A stretch of 64,000 nt of DNA, from positions 27,908 to 91,907 of the forward strand of contig CALGGE010000066.1 of NCBI GenBank assembly GCA_937916125.1, read 5' to 3'. Under the pieces are notes generated by a model that was not told the DNA's origin, searched no databases, and saw nothing but the letters and a program-made list of their open reading frames with translations. Position numbers and translations under genes: made by a program. Shown here piece after piece: positions 58,901 through 64,000 of the stretch (the stretch's first letter is position 1; the number at the start of each line of letters is the position of its first letter). The stretch is from an uncultured Elusimicrobia bacterium. GTDB taxonomy: Bacteria; Elusimicrobiota; Endomicrobiia; Endomicrobiales; Endomicrobiaceae.

Positions 58901-61900
58901 ATTTTCCACCGGCAAAATCTTGTTCACCGAAAGCTACAGCACCATTATATTTTACGGTGCCTGCACTAACACTCGGAGCAGTATATTTTACAGGTGCACT
59001 CCCGTCAAAGCTATAAGTCATGGAAATTGTATTATTGTTAGAATCTGTTAAAGTTCTGGTAACACTTACTTTACCATCTCCGGTTAAAGGATGAACTGTA
59101 GTACTAAACCAATCTTCCGTTTCCTGCATTCTTTGAAGAACTAATGATCCTAAGCTTGCAACAGAAGTGTCGCTTTCACAGAAAACTTTTACACTACCGT
59201 CAACATTAACATCATAGCTAATTCCTATATTTTGATAAACTCTATTGTTGGACAATTCCTGAACACCTTGTGTATTGAAATGAGAATCGTACAAAGAAAC
59301 TTCAGTACCACCCAAGAATTGAGAGAATGAAGTTCCCAAAGTTTCTGCATTTATACTGACTTCAAACGTAGTAGTATTTGAATTGGTATTAAACTTACTT
59401 ATAGTTATATTTTCACTATCAATGGTAGCATTAAGTTCGTATTTAACGTTATTGGTACTTTTTTTACTCTCTTCCGGAGGATTTTTATCGGTTTTTGCGT
59501 TATAGCCCATTGTTATGTTATCACCAAAATTTTTCAATGTTAAATCTGCAATCAAACTTACTCCATCTGAAGATAAGCTCAAATCTTTTAACGCAAATGT
59601 CGATGATATATCTCTGCCGTTAGCATCTTTTGCTCCAAGATTTCTGGTAAATCCAATATCTTCCAATGATAAATTTCTCGTATCTTTTCTATCATCTTCC
59701 GGGAAAAATATTGCATATCTATTATGATTATTTCTTGCTTCCACAAACTGTTCATAGGTCATTAAATTATTTGCATTAAGGTATCTATCAAGATCTTCAT
59801 CCGTAACATATCCTTGTCCATTTTTTCCATTAGAATCTGAAACATACTCTCTTGTATTAGAGTCCCATCCTGTCAGTCCAAAGAGAAATTCAATTCTTTG
59901 ATTATCTATTAAGTACTGTTTAACATTTTCTTCCGTTACTTCGTAATCAAAACCTTCAGCATTGTTGGCAGCCACGCTTGTCCCGTTATCAACCATAGCA
60001 AGGTCTCCTAAATATCTGCGGTAAGCCTGTTCATCACTTAAACCATCATAAGCAGATAATAGAGGTGTGTCAAATCTCTCTCCACCCATTTGTTCATGTA
60101 TCAATGCATTGTATTCATCGTTGGTCATAGTATAACTAACTTTAACATCTGAAGGATCTATTTCTTTACCATTAGCATTAAGTAAGCCATCTAAAACAAC
60201 TCCACCTTCTTCAGTATAAGAGATTCTTGCTCTATCGTATACTTGTCCGGCATATTCATATTTATCGCAACCCCAAATAAGACTTCCTTCCATATGTAAA
60301 GTACCATCTTCTTCCCCGTATGAAATTTTCAATCCTGTAGATTTTTCATCTGTAGTTGCTCCTTCAAAAAGATAATGAGAGTCTAATACTAAATCACCCG
60401 AACTATATTTCTTAACACCGGAATTTCTATCATCAATATTAATATAATATGCATCATATATAGTTTTACCTGTAGCACTATCAGTCTCACCGGTATCTTT
60501 AAAGAAAGAATATACATGCTCACCATTCAATGTTGATTTCGTCCATAATTTTGTTACAAGTTTTGCATTATCAGCACCTGCAGTTTGAGTAATCTTACCA
60601 TTGGCACCAACTGTTGTTACAGAATAACCTTTTAAATAAACTTGTCCATCGATAACATTTCCATTATCATCTTTTTCAGGATCGACGAAGAAATCGGTTA
60701 TACATGTCGTTGTGTAACTTCCTTCCATAGTCTGCTTGAATTCACCATCTTTAAAAGATATTATTATCTTGGTATCTTTATTATAAACAGTCTCTAATAT
60801 TCCACCCAAACCATCTGTTGTTCTTTCCTTTGTCCCTGCCGTAACTGTCTTATAATATCCAAAAGTTTCTCCGTATTCCTGAAAATCTCCGTTCTTATCA
60901 AGTATTACAGTACTATTGTTAAGATATTTGTATCCATTAGGAATATATCCGTCCAACACATCACCCGAGTATATTCTTGTAGTTAGTCCCGTTTCCTCAT
61001 CCGTTACATCTTTCCAACTGCTATTAAATTTATAATTATTATATGAACCGTTTATAGTCGTTTTACCATTAACTATATCTATTGTTTCCGTATAACTTCC
61101 TATATCATATTTGTTACCTTGAACATCTATATCCGTACCGTAACTTACTGTTCTTGTATATCCAAAAACATCTCCGTACCCAACAAATTCTCCTGAACTA
61201 TTAAACTTTACACTACTACCTTCAAGATATTGATACCCCGTAGGTACATAATTTTCATCCAAGGCATCACCGGAGTACGTTCTTATTGTTTCACCGGTCT
61301 CATTATTCTTTACATCTGTCCAACTACTATTAAATCTACTGCCATTATTCATTCCTGTAACTTTTGTAGTTATACTTGAAGGTTCGATATCCGCGTCGCC
61401 ATCATAATTATATTTTGTCGTTTCCGTATGATAATTATTCTCATCTATTGTTGTCGTTCTTGTCGTATCTATCACTCTCTGCTTATTCGTGTCATATCTC
61501 ATCTCATAACTCTCGTTACTGCCAAGTACGTCTTTACTTTCTACCTTACCGTCTTGTCCGAAATTTATTATGCTGTTCAATGTCCCGTCTTCACCTTGGT
61601 CGCTTCCTTCATATGTCCTGGTCAATACTCCGTCTTTGGTTACATCCGTATATTTACTGAATAAACCAGAATATTCTCCGGTTCCGGTTATTGTCGTAAT
61701 TTCTAAGCCGTTAGTTTTATAATCTGTATGTTCCGTATAAGTTGTGTTGGTATTTGCATCTATTGTAGTGACTTTATCTGTGTATATTAATTCTTGATTA
61801 CTATTGTAAGTTTCGCTGTAACCTGTTAAATCCCTCACTGTTCCATCTTCAGATTTATATTGCAATCCATCACTATAGGATAAAGTTCTATTTCCTTCAC

Positions 61901-64000
61901 TATCGATTGTAGTTATTATTTCGCCTGAAGTTTCCCAAGTATTTCCTTGCTCATCGGTTCCTTCTGATACCACCACTTTATATGATAAATTATCAATACC
62001 TTCTTGTACAAACTCACCATTTGCATCTCTTGTAAATCTTGCATCACCTGATAAGTACTCTATACCATCAGACTCTATTCCTGTTAAATCAAGAGAGAAT
62101 GATCCATCTTCATTCTGTACAAAATCATATCCGTCTATTGTCAAAGTCTTTGTCAAAGTATCTACTTTATACTCGTGGCCATCTATAGTACCACTTTCCC
62201 CTAATATACTATTCATCAAATCTATTGACAAATCGGTAAGTCCGTTCATACTATCAAATAACATTGACAAAGCAGGACTATCAACTACAGCATCTAACAT
62301 TCTTGAAATATCCGTAACATTGGGAGTATTAGCATCTATATTAGGAACTACAACTTCTTGCAAGGCAATAAGTCCGGAAGATGTCATTTGATAACTGTGA
62401 TCATCCATATGTTGTTCCAATAAGTATGAACCTTTGGCATATGTACTTCCTTCAGCGTAAACGGATGTTGCAGATACACCTGAAGACAATGATTTTGAAC
62501 TTACATTCTCAAATGTTCCTGAAACCGTTAATGTATCTCCGTTATCATATACAAAACCATCAAATGTAGAAGTTGATACTTTTGTTTGCTGTTCCTGTTG
62601 ATCCTGCTGTTGTCCTTCTTCCTCAGATGTCTGCTCACTTTCAATAGGATTTTCCATGTCATTTATAACAGCATCTTTAACCGTCAAATTACCCGACAAT
62701 ATAGCATCCGTAATTTTTCCCGTATCATCAATATTAAAGGTTATTACAGAACCGGCATTCCAGCTTGCATTATTACTGCTTGCTTTAATCTCTTGTCCTG
62801 CATCAGTAATATAGTTAACAGATAGACTTTGTGCAAGTATTGCATTATCATCCTTATTCCCGCTAAGTTTTAAACCTTTCGCAACGGTTGTTACATTACC
62901 GTCACCGTCAACCATATCAAAATTATTTTTCGTCTGAACATATACTGCATTTTCTGCATTAGCACTGTTGTAATTGTATAATCCGCTCCAGAAACCTACA
63001 ACATCTCCCTTATTGAAAGAAGTTTTTAATGAATCTAAATTATTTGTAAATTCAAAATTGTCTTTATCCAATATTTCAATATTGGCATTGTTAATAGTAG
63101 CCGTTGCCCTAAAACCAAGGACACCGTTTTCATCCGTCCCTAATTCCAAAACCGTACCTTTAGCAACATTAACTCTGCCGACACCATCCGCAGATGTTAC
63201 GGACCCGTTTTCTGTAGCCGTATATTTAATATTTCCGTTAACGGAAGTGTATCCTATCAAAGCATCATCCAAGTTACCTACAGTTCCGGACATAGATATC
63301 CCTGTAAATACAAGATCAGCTGAAGTGTTTCTCGTAAAACCTTTCAACTGTGTCTGTTCCATATTCTTCAATATACTATTCAAAGTGTTATTTGTATCAT
63401 CACCGTAATATTCATATGCCGATGTTGCATCAGTTATGGTCCATGCACCATTTTGGAATGTAAGGCTACCATCTGAAACGGTAAAATGTATATCTCCTTT
63501 TTCCGTTCTTATGGTATAGTTGGAACCTTTAGTTAATTTACTGTTTTCAGACGCAATTGCACCAAGCAGTGAAGATGACGTTAACGAAGAAGATGTTGCA
63601 TTACGGAATATACCGTCAATATTAACTTTACTATAGTTATCATTATTATCATCTACACTTCCTTCAAAACTCATCCGTGTTTCAGAAGCCGGGCTTCCGT
63701 CTGTCGGATTTCCATTTATTGCAATTGTTTCATTTTGTACAGTTCCGGCGAATTTAAAAGATCCCGATATTTCGGCAGCTATAATTCCGCCCGAATCATC
63801 TTTATAGAAATCTATTGTACTTGCTCCTGCAAGCCAATTTGCAGTATAACTATCATCAACTCCGCTTATATGTGCAGAAATTTCATTAGTTGCTATTACT
63901 TTATTCCCTTCAGCATCACCAACAAGTTTTAAAGCACCTGCAGATATTGTTGTGCCGTCAGTTACTTTTATATCGGATTTATTTGTTACACATAAACCGT
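46986..64000 (-). CDS. giant multidomain membrane protein (more than 5,670 aa; N-terminus outside the window) with beta-rich repeats, Gly/Ala-rich hydrophobic segments, two SecA-like ATPase modules and an AIAASA tail
   Basis: The track ORF 46986-63674 starts at an internal ATG. I translated 63675-64000 in the same frame and found no stop (..[34 protein letters not shown]...ETRMSFEG). Motif coordinates are given in the findings. Confidence 0.85.
   Translation of the reverse strand, partial: [5670 protein letters not shown]

Noticed and set aside
61400-62300. YD/Rhs-like repeats in the giant protein ([52 protein letters not shown])
   Set aside because: The composition is similar, but I could not lay out a regular GxxxxYxYDxxGR periodicity. 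I left it as generic beta-rich repeat sequence.

Overview
AT-rich bacterial chromosomal segment, transcribed almost entirely on the minus strand. The left end holds a complete trpEGDCFBA operon (trpA cut by the window edge) behind a sigma70-type promoter and a Trp-specific (UGG) T-box leader. Next come a small accessory patch (DUF4143 AAA ATPase, orphan HigA-type antidote protein, direct repeats) and hydE. A ~22 kb block then holds three tandem paralogous giant genes: P1 (2,120 aa), P2 (~1,900 aa) and P3 (3,030 aa). P2 is broken by a 32-bp tandem duplication and by a -1 frame change on an A AAA AAA tract. The paralogs share a signal-anchored N-terminal module. Its motifs (INIQDLHCH / YLEGA / RD / VVTGGFH) resemble, by eye, the ChaN/TraB/GumN/erythromycin-esterase (Tiki) superfamily. 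Different enzyme-like modules follow: a clan-CD-like His/Cys dyad in P1; a 2H phosphoesterase, a CPBP intramembrane protease, and a phosphohistidine swivel plus PPDK-type ATP-grasp in glucan-water-dikinase order in P3. Housekeeping genes follow: obg, rpmA, rplU, birA, an aminotransferase, DUF2779, PHP, PIN-PhoH, tilS, a two-component cluster, tRNA-Thr, mscL and tRNA-Gln. The right-hand 17 kb is one uninterrupted ORF of more than 5,670 codons whose 5' end lies outside the window. It combines beta-rich repeats, Gly/Ala-rich membrane segments and two SecA-like motor ATPase modules, with a sharp compositional break near 52.3 kb. All four giant ORFs end in the same C-terminal tail (NI-x-x-[IL]-[LA]-S-A-[AS]). 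Intergenic regions carry a distinctive mosaic family of oligomer repeats and small hairpins. I saw no rRNA, CRISPR array, transposase or integrase. All domain calls are motif-level judgements made by eye without database searches.
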